64,000 nt of DNA from Microcoleus sp. (GCA_042408215.1 JAYFMW010000008.1:64001-128000), one strand, 5' to 3'; positions 40,674 through 50,657 are shown, numbered from the stretch's first letter. Notes: generated from the sequence alone by a model not told the origin. Translations and numbers: made by a program.

Positions 40674-41399
40674 TTAAGCAGCCGAAGCAGCTAGCCAAAA
40701 TAAACCATCTACTAAAAGCGTGCTCAAAACTGCTCCGCTGAAGGCCCGCCAGTGCAATTGCGTGCCGCGCAAACTCAGCAAACCTACCGTTAGCAGTACA
40801 GCGATTAAAACTAAAGCGCAGCCTATTCCCCAAGGTGTCTCGATTTGTCCGATCGCACTTTGAAAAATCGGCATTGCTAATTCCGGTTCCGCGTGCATCA
40901 CTTGGCGCCAGTAGGGCATCAAGCCTGTCAAGTAGAAATATAAGTCAGTAATAGCAGTGCCCAATAGGGAACCTAAATAAAAATAGCCGCCCACTTTTCC
41001 CCAAGATTTACCCAAGCACCAAATCGCAAATGGTAAGCCAATTGATTCGATCGGTAAATGCAAAATAGGTTCCCATCTAAACCAGCCCCAATAGATCGAA
41101 CCTGCCAGCCAACATCCGGCAAATCCTAATAATAAGTCTCCCCAAAGTTGGGTTTTCTGGCGAAAAATTAGGATTAAACTAAGTGCTATCCAGGCGATAG
41201 TTGAGAGCAAACTGATGGCTGGATATAAACGCACTAAAGGTGCTTGGACGAAAACTGGAATTGATACTAAAAAGGCTGAAGCGCTAAATATCAACCACTG
41301 CTGAATGCTATTGTTTCTGCCTGAAGATACAGGATTTTCGAGGCTGGTGAGAGTAAGAATAGGTGCGATCGCTGAGGATAATAAATTAAAATTAAACAA
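40674..41399 (-). CDS. DUF3120 membrane protein
   Basis: PVFVQAPLVR, YWGWFRWEP..HLPIE, GTAITDLY. Confidence 0.85.
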   Translation of the reverse strand: MFNFNLLSSAIAPILTLTSLENPVSSGRNNSIQQWLIFSASAFLVSIPVFVQAPLVRLYPAISLLSTIAWIALSLILIFRQKTQLWGDLLLGFAGCWLAGSIYWGWFRWEPILHLPIESIGLPFAIWCLGKSWGKVGGYFYLGSLLGTAITDLYFYLTGLMPYWRQVMHAEPELAMPIFQSAIGQIETPWGIGCALVLIAVLLTVGLLSLRGTQLHWRAFSGAVLSTLLVDGLFWLAASAA

Positions 41400-41976
41400 C
41401 TGATTGGACTCCGTAACGTTTCAATAAGTGGACTAAAAAGGTTGCTGCGGTGGCGGGTGTAGCCGTCTCTGTACCGTCGGCTGTTTGAGTGATTTGCCAA
41501 CCTTGGGCGGTTTGGGGTTTGCGCCACAAGTCTAAATGTGCGATCGAGGGCGAAGCATAAAAACTGTCTCCACCGCCACCGAGAATAGCCGAACTCCAGT
41601 GCGTAAAGCGATCGTGGCTGAGTCGGTGGATGGGAAAATTGCCCCCCAGGGGTACTCCCCAACCGTCTAGGGCAAAAAATGCCGCGACTTTGCCGCCGAT
41701 TTGCTCCCACATCCAAGCCGCCCCGATCGCCCCGGCTACCCCAGCCGAAAAGCTTGCAAATACTAGACTTTCTCCAGCCAACTCTTGACAGCACAAAAAG
41801 TGCAATATGTCAATAGCTGAAAAAGCTGGATATTTATGAGCGGGAAAAATCTTGACATGAGAGACTGTTTGGGTATTTTGCCGAGTTTCTGCGTCTCCCC
41901 AAACCTCTGAAAGTCCCGCCAGGAAACAATCGGTTAGTTTTGGGTCGTGGATTCCGGGGCAAATTACCAGTCTCAT
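41392..41976 (-). CDS. Conserved cyanobacterial hypothetical protein (hydrolase-like)
   Basis: CPGIHD, FSAGVAG, DGWGVPL, SHDRFTH. Confidence 0.75.
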   Translation of the reverse strand: MRLVICPGIHDPKLTDCFLAGLSEVWGDAETRQNTQTVSHVKIFPAHKYPAFSAIDILHFLCCQELAGESLVFASFSAGVAGAIGAAWMWEQIGGKVAAFFALDGWGVPLGGNFPIHRLSHDRFTHWSSAILGGGGDSFYASPSIAHLDLWRKPQTAQGWQITQTADGTETATPATAATFLVHLLKRYGVQSVV

Positions 41977-42434
41977 CGCTCTTCCATAAAATTAATTACG
42001 AGCTTAACATAACTTTACTTTATTGTACACCCTAATTAATTATATGCTATCCAGGGGGATAGGATGTTAAACTAATAACAGAGTCGTGTTTGAAGGGTAT
42101 CCCCCAGATAAAAGCCCTGGGAATGCTCCGAGACACCGCAACCAGAGGCAAGGTGAGGAAGTCTTAAGAAAACATAAAACTTAACGATCCTTCAGACCCT
42201 GCGGCGTATTCTATTGCCTTTCCCATCAGATTCAGATCCCCCCCTGCGGGCGGGCACGGGGGCACCGCCCCTACAAAGGCAGGGCTGTTTCATTCTTTGT
42301 AGGGGCAAACCCCCCGTGGTTGCCCTGATGGCCCAAACACGCATTCGATGGTTGGTGGTGGGGTAGGCACGGGGGCACTACCCCTACAAAACCCTCGTTC
42401 GACTCTGAAAATCATTCTAATTGAGGAATACAAA

Positions 42435-43634
42435 GTGGTTGCTTCTCCCGAAAAAATTGAGTTTAAAACATCTGCGACACCGGCAAACAGCGATCGCGTA
42501 GCTGTCTTGTTGATGGGTTACGGCGAAGTTGAAAGCTACGATGATTTTGCCAACTACAACGAACAAGCTTTAAACTTACTGACGGCAAAGTTTGCGCCAG
42601 TACCAACTTGGATTTATCCGCCGCTGGCGAAGATTTTGGCAATTTTTGACTTGCATGAATGGAGTCACCAACACGGTCAATTTGTGTCGCCGCACAATGC
42701 TATTTTTGAACAGCAGCGCGCGGGAATTGAACATAATTTGCAGGAGAAATGGGGCGACAAAGTAAAAGTGTTCAAAGCTTTTAACTTTTGCGCGCCGTTT
42801 TTGCCGGAACAAGTAATCCCGCAAATTAAAGCTGAAGGATTTGACAAAATTCTGATTTATCCGCTGTTGGTTGTTGATTCTGTTTTCACCAGTGGGATTG
42901 CAGTAGAACAGGTGAATAAGGCTTTAGCACAAACCTTTGATGGTAAGGAACATTGGGTAAAAGGACAGCGCTACATTCCTTCTTTTTACGATGAACCTGC
43001 TTACATTGATTTGATGGCGCATTTGGTAGAAGAGGAAATTAAGCATGATTTAGCAGTAGCGCATTTGCCTTCTCAGATTGGGATTGTGCTGATGAATCAC
43101 GGTTGTCCGCACAAGGCGAAGGGCTTTACTTCGGGTATTGTGGAAAGTCAAGCTTTGTACGATCGCGTGCGGGAACGTTTGATGTATCGTTATCCTTTGA
43201 TTTCGGTGGGCTGGCTGAATCACGACACGCCGCTGATTGAATGGACTCAGCCGGATGCGACGTTGGCTGCGAAGAATTTGATTGATTTGGGTGCAACTGC
43301 GATCGTGTTTATGCCGATCGGATTTGCAACAGAAAATCACGAAACTTTGTTAGATGTAGATCATGTGATTGAGGGTTTGCAGAAGCAACGTCAGGGAGTT
43401 ACTTATCGCAAATTGCCTTGCGTGAATGACCATCCTGAGTTCCTGAAAATGGCGGCGGAGTGGGCTAATCCTCAAATTGAAGCGTTGTTGAGTGAAAGTG
43501 CTGTGGCGGTAAATCCGAATTTGGTTGTTCGGGATCACGTACATTCTCATGGGGATCATGGGCATAATCATGGGGATCATGGGCATTCTCACGGGGATCA
43601 TGGGCATTCTCACGGGCACGGGCACAGTCATTAA
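42435..43634 (+). CDS. hemH: Ferrochelatase-family chelatase with His-rich tail
   Basis: VLLMGYG, MNHG, PIGFATENHETL; GTG start after GAGGA; no CAB domain. Confidence 0.8.
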   Translation: MVASPEKIEFKTSATPANSDRVAVLLMGYGEVESYDDFANYNEQALNLLTAKFAPVPTWIYPPLAKILAIFDLHEWSHQHGQFVSPHNAIFEQQRAGIEHNLQEKWGDKVKVFKAFNFCAPFLPEQVIPQIKAEGFDKILIYPLLVVDSVFTSGIAVEQVNKALAQTFDGKEHWVKGQRYIPSFYDEPAYIDLMAHLVEEEIKHDLAVAHLPSQIGIVLMNHGCPHKAKGFTSGIVESQALYDRVRERLMYRYPLISVGWLNHDTPLIEWTQPDATLAAKNLIDLGATAIVFMPIGFATENHETLLDVDHVIEGLQKQRQGVTYRKLPCVNDHPEFLKMAAEWANPQIEALLSESAVAVNPNLVVRDHVHSHGDHGHNHGDHGHSHGDHGHSHGHGHSH

Positions 43635-44104
43635 TTAGGAGCTCAGAAACCGGGTTTTTGCGAAAATACTGCGTTACAGACGACAGATTAAGTAAAAACC
43701 CGGTTTCTTTGTGGGAGTGGGTAATACTTTCTGACTGGGCGGTTGAAACCGCGTCTACACGAACAATGACCATCCTGAGTTCCTGAAAATGGCGGCGGAG
43801 TGGGCTAATCCTCAAATTGAAGCGTTGTTGAGTGAAAGTGCGATCGCGGTGAATCCGAATTTGGTTGTTCGGGATCACGTACATTCTCATGGGGATCATG
43901 GGCATTCTCATGGGGATCATGGGCATTCTCACGGCGATCATGGGCATTCTCATGGGCACGGGCACAGTCATTAATTAGGAGCTCAGAAACCGGGTTTTTG
44001 CGAAAATACTGCGTTACAGACGACAGATTAAGTAAAAACCCGGTTTCTTTGTGGGAGTGGGTAATACTTTCTGACTGGGCGGTTGAAACCGCGTCTACAC
44101 GAAC
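43425..44104 (+). repeat. 340-bp tandem duplication of the chelatase 3' end and downstream repeats
   Basis: 43425-43764 vs 43765-44104; stop codons exactly 340 apart. Confidence 0.93.
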
Positions 44105-44203
44105 GAAGTCCGCCTACGCGGACTAAGAAATTTAACCAGGATTTGGTATAAGTTGAGATTGATTTAGGTGAAAAGGGCGATCGGCTTATCTGCCTGATAA
44201 TTG

Positions 44204-44656
44204 CTATCTGCAATTATTTCGGCTATGGGAGGGAGACGTAGTTACAATCTGACCCTCGCCAATCGAGATACTTTTCAGATTACGAGATTTCAGTGCTGCA
44301 ACCAGTCGATCTGCCTTTGAACGGTTATAGAATGAAGCAACTTGAATCAGGTTAAGCGAGGAATCGTAAAAAGCATTACAACAGAAAGACTGGTGAATTA
44401 TTTTTAATTTTTCTGCACTGTAAGCAATATAAACAGGATACCAAGTATTAGTGCCACCCGCAGTTTTATCTCCGCAATAAGTCAGAGAAGAATTCAAAGA
44501 ATTAGTTTGAGTAGTCTTTTTATGGCTAATACTCTGCTGAGGTGGCTGACCATAATACCAACCTAAATATAATATACAAGCTCCCCCTATTCCTGTCATC
44601 AACCAAAGGAATTGGGGGTAAGACATACCTGATATTGAATTTTTGTGCCTTTTCAT
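44204..44656 (-). CDS. Hypothetical membrane-anchored protein, SPOR-like C-terminal motif
   Basis: One TM; IQVASFYNRSKADRL. Confidence 0.6.
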   Translation of the reverse strand: MKRHKNSISGMSYPQFLWLMTGIGGACILYLGWYYGQPPQQSISHKKTTQTNSLNSSLTYCGDKTAGGTNTWYPVYIAYSAEKLKIIHQSFCCNAFYDSSLNLIQVASFYNRSKADRLVAALKSRNLKSISIGEGQIVTTSPSHSRNNCR

Positions 44657-44820
44657 ATCTATACTTGCTAAACCTAGCTTGATTCTTAGGGTAGGCTATA
44701 CCCCTGTATGCAAAAACCTAAGAGGATTGCAAGATATAGCAATCCTCTTAGGTCTAGTTGAAAAGTCATTGAGGAATGCTATAAATAACTAAAAAAGATG
44801 CAAAAGAGTTGACTTGCAAC

Positions 44821-45039
44821 TTAACGTTGAGATCTGTCATATTCATCCCAAGCTTTAAAGTTAGCACTTATGATACGACTCTCAATCCTTTGATTGGTGA
44901 TGGCAGTTTTCAGAGACTCCTGTAATCCAACTATTTCACCTACAAGTCGAGTAGCAGGATTGCTAGAATTTGGGATTTCGCCTTTGTTATTTTTGGATAA
45001 ATCGCTGCTGGAATTGGGATCGTAGGAGTTGTGTGTCAT
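44821..45039 (-). CDS. Hypothetical small protein
   Basis: 72 aa, RBS-like AGGA upstream. Confidence 0.55.
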   Translation of the reverse strand: MTHNSYDPNSSSDLSKNNKGEIPNSSNPATRLVGEIVGLQESLKTAITNQRIESRIISANFKAWDEYDRSQR

Positions 45040-45117
45040 GGTATTTTTCCTAATTTGGACTAAATTTTTGATTCGCGAATGTCGGAAAATTTAAGTTTAC
45101 AATATGTAAACTTAACA

Positions 45118-45303
45118 TTATTCAAACATTTTCTTCATATCGTCTAGTAGTTTTTGTTTTGCCTGTTGTTTAACTTCTTCGGGATAATTACTATTTACTA
45201 GCTTATCGATTTCCTCTCCAAATTTCTGATACACATATCGCATCCTTTCTGATTTTGCATCATCATCGCTATTAAAACTGGGATCGTAGGAGTTATGTGT
45301 CAT
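45118..45303 (-). CDS. Hypothetical chimeric small protein
   Basis: N-terminus like 44821-45039, C-terminus like 45376-45831. Confidence 0.55.
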   Translation of the reverse strand: MTHNSYDPSFNSDDDAKSERMRYVYQKFGEEIDKLVNSNYPEEVKQQAKQKLLDDMKKMFE

Positions 45304-45375
45304 GGTATTTTTCCTAATTTGGACTAAATTTTTGATTCGCGAATGTCGGAAAATTTAAGTTTACAATATGTAAAC

Positions 45376-45831
45376 TTAACATTCTTTAAACGATTGCTTC
45401 ATGGCATCTAGTAGTTCTTGTTTGGCGGGTTGTTTAACTTCTTCTGGATAATTACTATTTACTAGCCGATCGATCTCACCTCCAAATTTCTGATACACAT
45501 CTCGAATCCTTTCTCTTTTTCCATCAGCACGACGGCTATTCACACCAGTTTTCATATCTTGTGCAAAGTCTGAATAAGCAAAGCGGATATCTCGCATTCC
45601 ACGCCCAATAACAATTACCAATCCTGTAACAGGAACGAATAGTGCGCTGCCAATAAAGCCAAGAGCTATGTCTCTTTCAACATTGCTAGGTATTATTGCC
45701 CTTCCACTGTCATTCTCATAGCGTACAGGAACAGATTTTCCATTTATCCAAACTTGCTCGTTTCCTTGATGATTCATATTGTATATTTCCTCGTATTTCC
45801 TCTGTAACTGCTTTTTAGTTTGAATCCACAA
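45376..45831 (-). CDS. Hypothetical protein with one TM (start possibly ~45777)
   Basis: ORF in a co-directional run. Confidence 0.6.
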   Translation of the reverse strand: MWIQTKKQLQRKYEEIYNMNHQGNEQVWINGKSVPVRYENDSGRAIIPSNVERDIALGFIGSALFVPVTGLVIVIGRGMRDIRFAYSDFAQDMKTGVNSRRADGKRERIRDVYQKFGGEIDRLVNSNYPEEVKQPAKQELLDAMKQSFKEC

Positions 45832-46135
45832 AACTTACTAAAAAAGAAATAGCAAGCACCCACACAATGACAGGAAGCAATAAACGAGGCAAAAAAACTG
45901 ATGTTATAATACCACAAATTATAACAGTCACTCTAACTGCGTGCCGAAGTTCCTGTGGAGTTGCATAGCCAAATTTACTCTTTATATAACCTTCAGATGG
46001 CTTAACAAAGAGCCAAGGTAAAAAGAACGAATCCTTCGTATTTTCGCTGATAAAACGTGCCAAAAATCGCATGAGTGCAATCGTCGGCCCCACTAAAATT
46101 AGAATGCAGATAAAAGCTATGCAAAAATCTAGCAT
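45815..46135 (-). CDS. Hypothetical membrane protein
   Basis: Three hydrophobic segments; abuts the upstream ORF. Confidence 0.65.
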   Translation of the reverse strand: MLDFCIAFICILILVGPTIALMRFLARFISENTKDSFFLPWLFVKPSEGYIKSKFGYATPQELRHAVRVTVIICGIITSVFLPRLLLPVIVWVLAISFLVSFVDSN

Positions 46136-46136
46136 T

Positions 46137-46529
46137 TTAATTTTTCCTGTCTGAGTGTGTTTGTTCGGAATTTTTAGACCATTTTTTAGGCAGTTTTAAC
46201 AAGCCAAAGAAATCAGGTATTATCCATACATTTCGTTTCTCCGATTCTTTTCTTATTTCCGCTATCCTCTTTCCAACAGATTCTTGGTAATTTTCAAACA
46301 AAGCATAAACATAGATTTCCGTTACCTCTTCTACCTGACTCGCTGGCGATTTTAGAGCATTGATAACTTCTTCACCTGTCAGTTTTGCTTCTCTGATAAT
46401 TTCTTCTATCTGTGTACTAGAAATTAGACCTTGAGCCAAAAGTTGATCTAGTTTTTGTGCAAGTTGAGTTTGATACTCATTTAGCTCTTGTCTGATCCGA
46501 GCTGTTAGTTCTCCTAGATTAGTTTCCAT
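46137..46529 (-). CDS. Hypothetical helical protein
   Basis: 130-aa ORF, first gene of the run. Confidence 0.65.
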   Translation of the reverse strand: METNLGELTARIRQELNEYQTQLAQKLDQLLAQGLISSTQIEEIIREAKLTGEEVINALKSPASQVEEVTEIYVYALFENYQESVGKRIAEIRKESEKRNVWIIPDFFGLLKLPKKWSKNSEQTHSDRKN

Positions 46530-46807
46530 TGATTTTGTCCAAGCACTACTTTATAGGCTAACTGCTGATGTTAACTTGGGACTAATGCTATAACCGTAAG
46601 GGTGACGACCGCATCCAGGGTAAAATGTATTATTTGTTACAATTCAGCTAGCGTTTTACACCCACAGCGCTATTTGCCTGTACGATCGCACTCAGCTAAA
46701 CCACATTATAAGCCAGCCACAACCTAGCCGCAATCTAGTAACACCTATCCAAGACTACAAATTAAGCTATAATTCCACTAGGAAAATTTTTATAAAGAAT
46801 CACTGCA

Positions 46808-47296
46808 ATGCCCCCTACCAACGAACAGTTCACCCAAGCTGCAAACCACTGGGACTTGGAAACACTGTACACCGATATAGCCTCCGCTAAAGGAAAGCGT
46901 CTCACACCGGTCGAAAAGCTGCACCTGCGCGGCTTGCTTTCCGGTTACAGTCCCGCTGAAGTAGCAGATAAACTCCATAAAAGCGTCAAAGGCGTTGAAA
47001 GTGAAATGTGTACTACTTTATACCCACACATTAAAAGTCTTGTTGGCAAATCCAATGAAAAAGTAGAAAACTGGAGAAATATTACTGAGTGGCTTGAGGA
47101 AGCTGGATATAAAACTCAGTTATCGGCTGAATCTCAATTCAATAATTGCGTACCTGTTGACATTATGGGAAAGATAGCTCATATAAGTATTAAGAAAAAT
47201 AGAATAACAATTGAAATAGACCTGCAACTATCCGATCAACTACCTTCACAACCTCCAACAGAAGACTCAAATAACAACAATCACACTAATAACTAA
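46808..47296 (+). CDS. HTH-type putative regulator
   Basis: LTPVEKLHLRGLLSGYSPAEVADKL resembles the cyanobacterial N-terminal HTH module. Confidence 0.65.
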   Translation: MPPTNEQFTQAANHWDLETLYTDIASAKGKRLTPVEKLHLRGLLSGYSPAEVADKLHKSVKGVESEMCTTLYPHIKSLVGKSNEKVENWRNITEWLEEAGYKTQLSAESQFNNCVPVDIMGKIAHISIKKNRITIEIDLQLSDQLPSQPPTEDSNNNNHTNN

Positions 47297-47433
47297 GTTC
47301 TCATGAAAAATACGAAATTTGTGACCAAAAGTGCTATAGTATAGCCTTTATATAGTCTTGGGCGCGGGTTTCGTCCATTGTGGGGAGTAGTCAATAACAC
47401 CGATGTTTATTTTATCATGATTGGTGGGTGCCC

Positions 47434-47585
47434 AGAAACCGGGTTTTTGCGAGAATATTTGGTAACAGGCGAAGATTGGGGAAAAAACCCGGTTTCTTTG
47501 ATAGTGCGTGGCTGGCCAGAAACCGGGTTTTTGCGACAAACTTCGTTACAGTGCAAAGGTTTGGGGGAAAACCCGGTTTCTTTGA
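47434..47585. repeat. Two REP-like GAAACCGGGTTT...AAACCCGGTTTC palindromic units
   Basis: Same family at 18278-18342, 30027-30168, 43646, 43986 and 55274. Confidence 0.85.
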
Positions 47586-47642
47586 TTGTGCGCGAGTGGC
47601 CTGAATTTGACAATTGACTATGCAGTTTTTACAATGGACAGC

Positions 47643-47990
47643 TTATTCCCCATCTTCTGGTGGCACAATTATTTCCAGTTCCACAATTAAGGATGGTAAC
47701 TCATTCTGAACAACATCCCAAACAACCGCTAAATCAACCCGATCGTACTCGTGGATAATCCTATTACGCATCCCTATCATACGCCTCCAGGGAATCTGAG
47801 GTAGGGATAAACAAGTTTCTTCCGAAAGTCGTCTAGACGCTTCCCCAATTATCTCAACTCGCCGAATTACAGAATCTTGCAATTGGATATCTGCCAAAAA
47901 TTCTGTCTGAGTTTTGCCTGAAACATAGCTCAAAGCTAGTCTAGATGCAATTAGAATATCCAGCAAAGCATGAAGCTCACGAGGTTGCAT
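47643..47990 (-). CDS. HEPN (DUF86/HepT) toxin
   Basis: EIIGEA, IPW, RNRIIH (RX4H) EY. Confidence 0.92.
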   Translation of the reverse strand: MQPRELHALLDILIASRLALSYVSGKTQTEFLADIQLQDSVIRRVEIIGEASRRLSEETCLSLPQIPWRRMIGMRNRIIHEYDRVDLAVVWDVVQNELPSLIVELEIIVPPEDGE

Positions 47991-48294
47991 AAATCACCTG
48001 AGCTGAATTAAGGATAGCTTGACGGCGGAGATAGTTTAAGCTGTGTTCAATAGCTCCTTTGCTGACGAAATCTACTTTCCGCTCAAAAATAGCTTCTAAT
48101 TCTTCTTCCATTTGCATCAACTTCAATAAAGTCCAATGAAAATCTGGCTCGAAACTTGCGAGAATATCTATGTCGCTGTCTGGACGAAAATCATCCCGCA
48201 GCACCGAACCAAATAAGGCAAATTCAGTGATTTTCCAGCGCTGGCAAAAATCAACTATTTGATCTTTCGGGATTTCGATATTATTGACTAACAT
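47977..48294 (-). CDS. MNT nucleotidyltransferase antitoxin
   Basis: FGSVLRDDFRPDSDID; overlaps the HEPN gene. Confidence 0.92.
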   Translation of the reverse strand: MLVNNIEIPKDQIVDFCQRWKITEFALFGSVLRDDFRPDSDIDILASFEPDFHWTLLKLMQMEEELEAIFERKVDFVSKGAIEHSLNYLRRQAILNSAQVIYATS

Positions 48295-48320
48295 TTAAGT
48301 CGCCTCCAAAATCAACATCT

Positions 48321-48881
48321 CTACGCAAACAATGCGGCCACGGACGCGCTAAAACCCGGTAATAAAGCACTGGTTAAATTATCTTCTTTAAACAAAGTCA
48401 TCGCTAATTTCAAAACCCCATTTTCCCGCAAGTAAACCTCAACTTTTTGCTGTAGTCTGTCAAAAATCCAGTATTCCCGCACGCCCTGAACCGAATATAA
48501 TTTTAACTTAGATTGCCGATCGCGCCTTTCATTTTCCTCACCCGGAGACATTACCTCTACCACCAACTCCGGCGCACCAGCCAAATGTCCAGACTCATCT
48601 AATATTTGTGCTAAACGCTCATAGCTTACCCAAACCACATCAGGAATAACATTGTCACCATTCGTGAAGATCAAACCAGCAGTGGTTGCAGCCTTACCTA
48701 AACCCGTCTCTATCGACCAATTATTTAAGGTTCTGCAAACATTGTCAACAATATTTTGATGTTCCCAGTGGGGTGCTCTTGTCACGACTAATTCTCCTTC
48801 AATTATTTCATAACGGTTGCCATTATCGGGTAATAATTCTAAATCAGCGCTTGTCCAGCGAACTCTTTCTGTAGTTGACAT
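48321..48881 (-). CDS. Uma2/DUF820 protein
   Basis: RYEIIEGEL, PDVVW, APELVVEV, GVREYW. Confidence 0.92.
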   Translation of the reverse strand: MSTTERVRWTSADLELLPDNGNRYEIIEGELVVTRAPHWEHQNIVDNVCRTLNNWSIETGLGKAATTAGLIFTNGDNVIPDVVWVSYERLAQILDESGHLAGAPELVVEVMSPGEENERRDRQSKLKLYSVQGVREYWIFDRLQQKVEVYLRENGVLKLAMTLFKEDNLTSALLPGFSASVAALFA

Positions 48882-48953
48882 AGCTTTGACTCCGCTCAGT
48901 TCTATTTTGATTATATCTGATATCTTGCACCATTCCCAATTAGCCCTTCATGG

Positions 48954-49076
48954 GCGGGCTGGATTCCCGCCCCACAATAACATTAATTAATTCTTTGTGG
49001 AACAGGCATCTTGCGGCGGGCTGGATTCCCGCCCCACAATAACATTAATTAATTCTTTGTGGAACAGGCATCTTGC
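48954..49076. repeat. ~62-bp tandem duplication of a REP-like unit
   Basis: GCGGGCTGGATTCCCGCCCCACAAT..GGCATCTTGC twice. Confidence 0.85.
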
Positions 49077-49175
49077 CTGTTCTTAAGAAAGGCGCAAGAT
49101 GTGAGTTATAGTCTAATTTGGTGCGCCGCTGTGAGATTTTCCAGCTATTTGAAATAGCTCAAGGCGACCCGCACC

Positions 49176-50429
49176 CTACAGTATTGCGATCGCCCCAACC
49201 AACTTATCAATCTCCGCCTCAGTGGTAAAATAGTGAACGCAAGCCCGCACACAATCAGGATTCAGAATTGTCCGCACCATAATCCCCTGTTTCTCCAACA
49301 AATCGACAAGCTTTTTGTGCGGCATCCCATTAGTTACTCGAAAAGAAACTAAACCCGCTTCCGGTGCAGATGTCCGCAAACATTCTACATGACTAATTTC
49401 CGACAAACTCTCCCAGAGATACTTACTCAAACGGCAGATTTCTCCATACCTTTCCTCCATCGTACCCCATTCGTGTTGCAGGGCGATCGCCACCCGCAAA
49501 CCCACATACAAAGGATAAGCCGAAGTGGCTATTTCGTAACGTTGAGCTCCCGGCTTTAAGCCGATCGGTTTAGCATTTGCATCCGTCACAATTCCCCGCC
49601 AACCGATAAACACCGGATGCAAATCTGCCAAAGCTTCAGCACTCACATAAAGTCCGCCCAAACCCTCCGGGCCGCACCACCATTTATGACCAGTAAAAGC
49701 ATAAAAGTCAACCCCCGATTCAATCAAATTCAAAGGCAAAACCCCCACAGATTGAGCCGCATCAACTAACACTCTAACTTTGTGATTCTGCACAGGTAAT
49801 TCCTCTTGTCCCCCCCCTTCATAAGGGGGGGTTAGGGGGGGTTCATTCAATACTTGATCGAGGGGGGTTAGGGGGAGTTCATAACCTTCATGACACACCT
49901 TTACAATCTCAGCCAGAGGCAAAACTTGGCCAGTATTCCACAAAATATGACTGATTACCAACAAACGAGTATTCGGCTGCAAATAACTAGCAATTACCGC
50001 CACCGCATCTCCCTCATTCAAAGTAGCCGCCAACGGACAAACCGAAACCTCAATGTTGAAACGGCGCTGAAGTTCCATTACACTAGCTACAATGCCCGGA
50101 TGTTCGCAGTCAGAGAGCAATAAATGGTCGCCCGATCGCCAATCAATGCCCCACAGAGCAATATTGCAGCCGACGGTGACATCTTCAGTCAGGGCGATCG
50201 TTTCGGGGGGGACGCCTAACTCGTTTGCCATCGCACAGCGCGTCAGCATCGCCTCCTGAGCCACCCAAGCACCGATTTCCCCCGAAAACGGCCCCCCAAG
50301 CTGCACCCGTTTATAGGCCCCATAAATCGCCTCTAAAGCAGGCTCAGGCAACGGCCCTTGTCCGCCGTAGTTAAAATAAGCTTTATTGGCCAAAGCTGGA
50401 AATTGTTGCCGATGTTTGTCCTTTGTCAT
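49176..50429 (-). CDS. Class V PLP enzyme, cystine C-S lyase (C-DES)-like, with in-frame repeat insertion
   Basis: YFNYGGQG, EHPG, SHILWNTG, DAAQS, TGHKW. Confidence 0.88.
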   Translation of the reverse strand: MTKDKHRQQFPALANKAYFNYGGQGPLPEPALEAIYGAYKRVQLGGPFSGEIGAWVAQEAMLTRCAMANELGVPPETIALTEDVTVGCNIALWGIDWRSGDHLLLSDCEHPGIVASVMELQRRFNIEVSVCPLAATLNEGDAVAVIASYLQPNTRLLVISHILWNTGQVLPLAEIVKVCHEGYELPLTPLDQVLNEPPLTPPYEGGGQEELPVQNHKVRVLVDAAQSVGVLPLNLIESGVDFYAFTGHKWWCGPEGLGGLYVSAEALADLHPVFIGWRGIVTDANAKPIGLKPGAQRYEIATSAYPLYVGLRVAIALQHEWGTMEERYGEICRLSKYLWESLSEISHVECLRTSAPEAGLVSFRVTNGMPHKKLVDLLEKQGIMVRTILNPDCVRACVHYFTTEAEIDKLVGAIAIL

Positions 50430-50657
50430 TTTTTTGGGTAATTAATTGATAGCGTTAATATTGATAGGACTTACACAATAATCCTAGAGATGGGCAACCA
50501 CGGGGGGATTGCCCCTACAAAACACTATATATGGACTATGCGCGCCCATGACCGATCGAATAAATATCAATCTCAAAAACATCTCTCAAAAAGCCTGACT
50601 GACATCCGTTACATCCGTTACAAAATCCGTTGCCGAACTTCCTTCTGCGAACACTAA

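Noticed and set aside
42348..42434. N-terminal extension of the chelatase ORF
   Set aside because: Derived from a REP-like repeat; GTG at 42435 with an RBS is the better start
45040..45117. Integron attC sites between the small ORFs
   Set aside because: No convincing R''/R' boxes and no integron integrase
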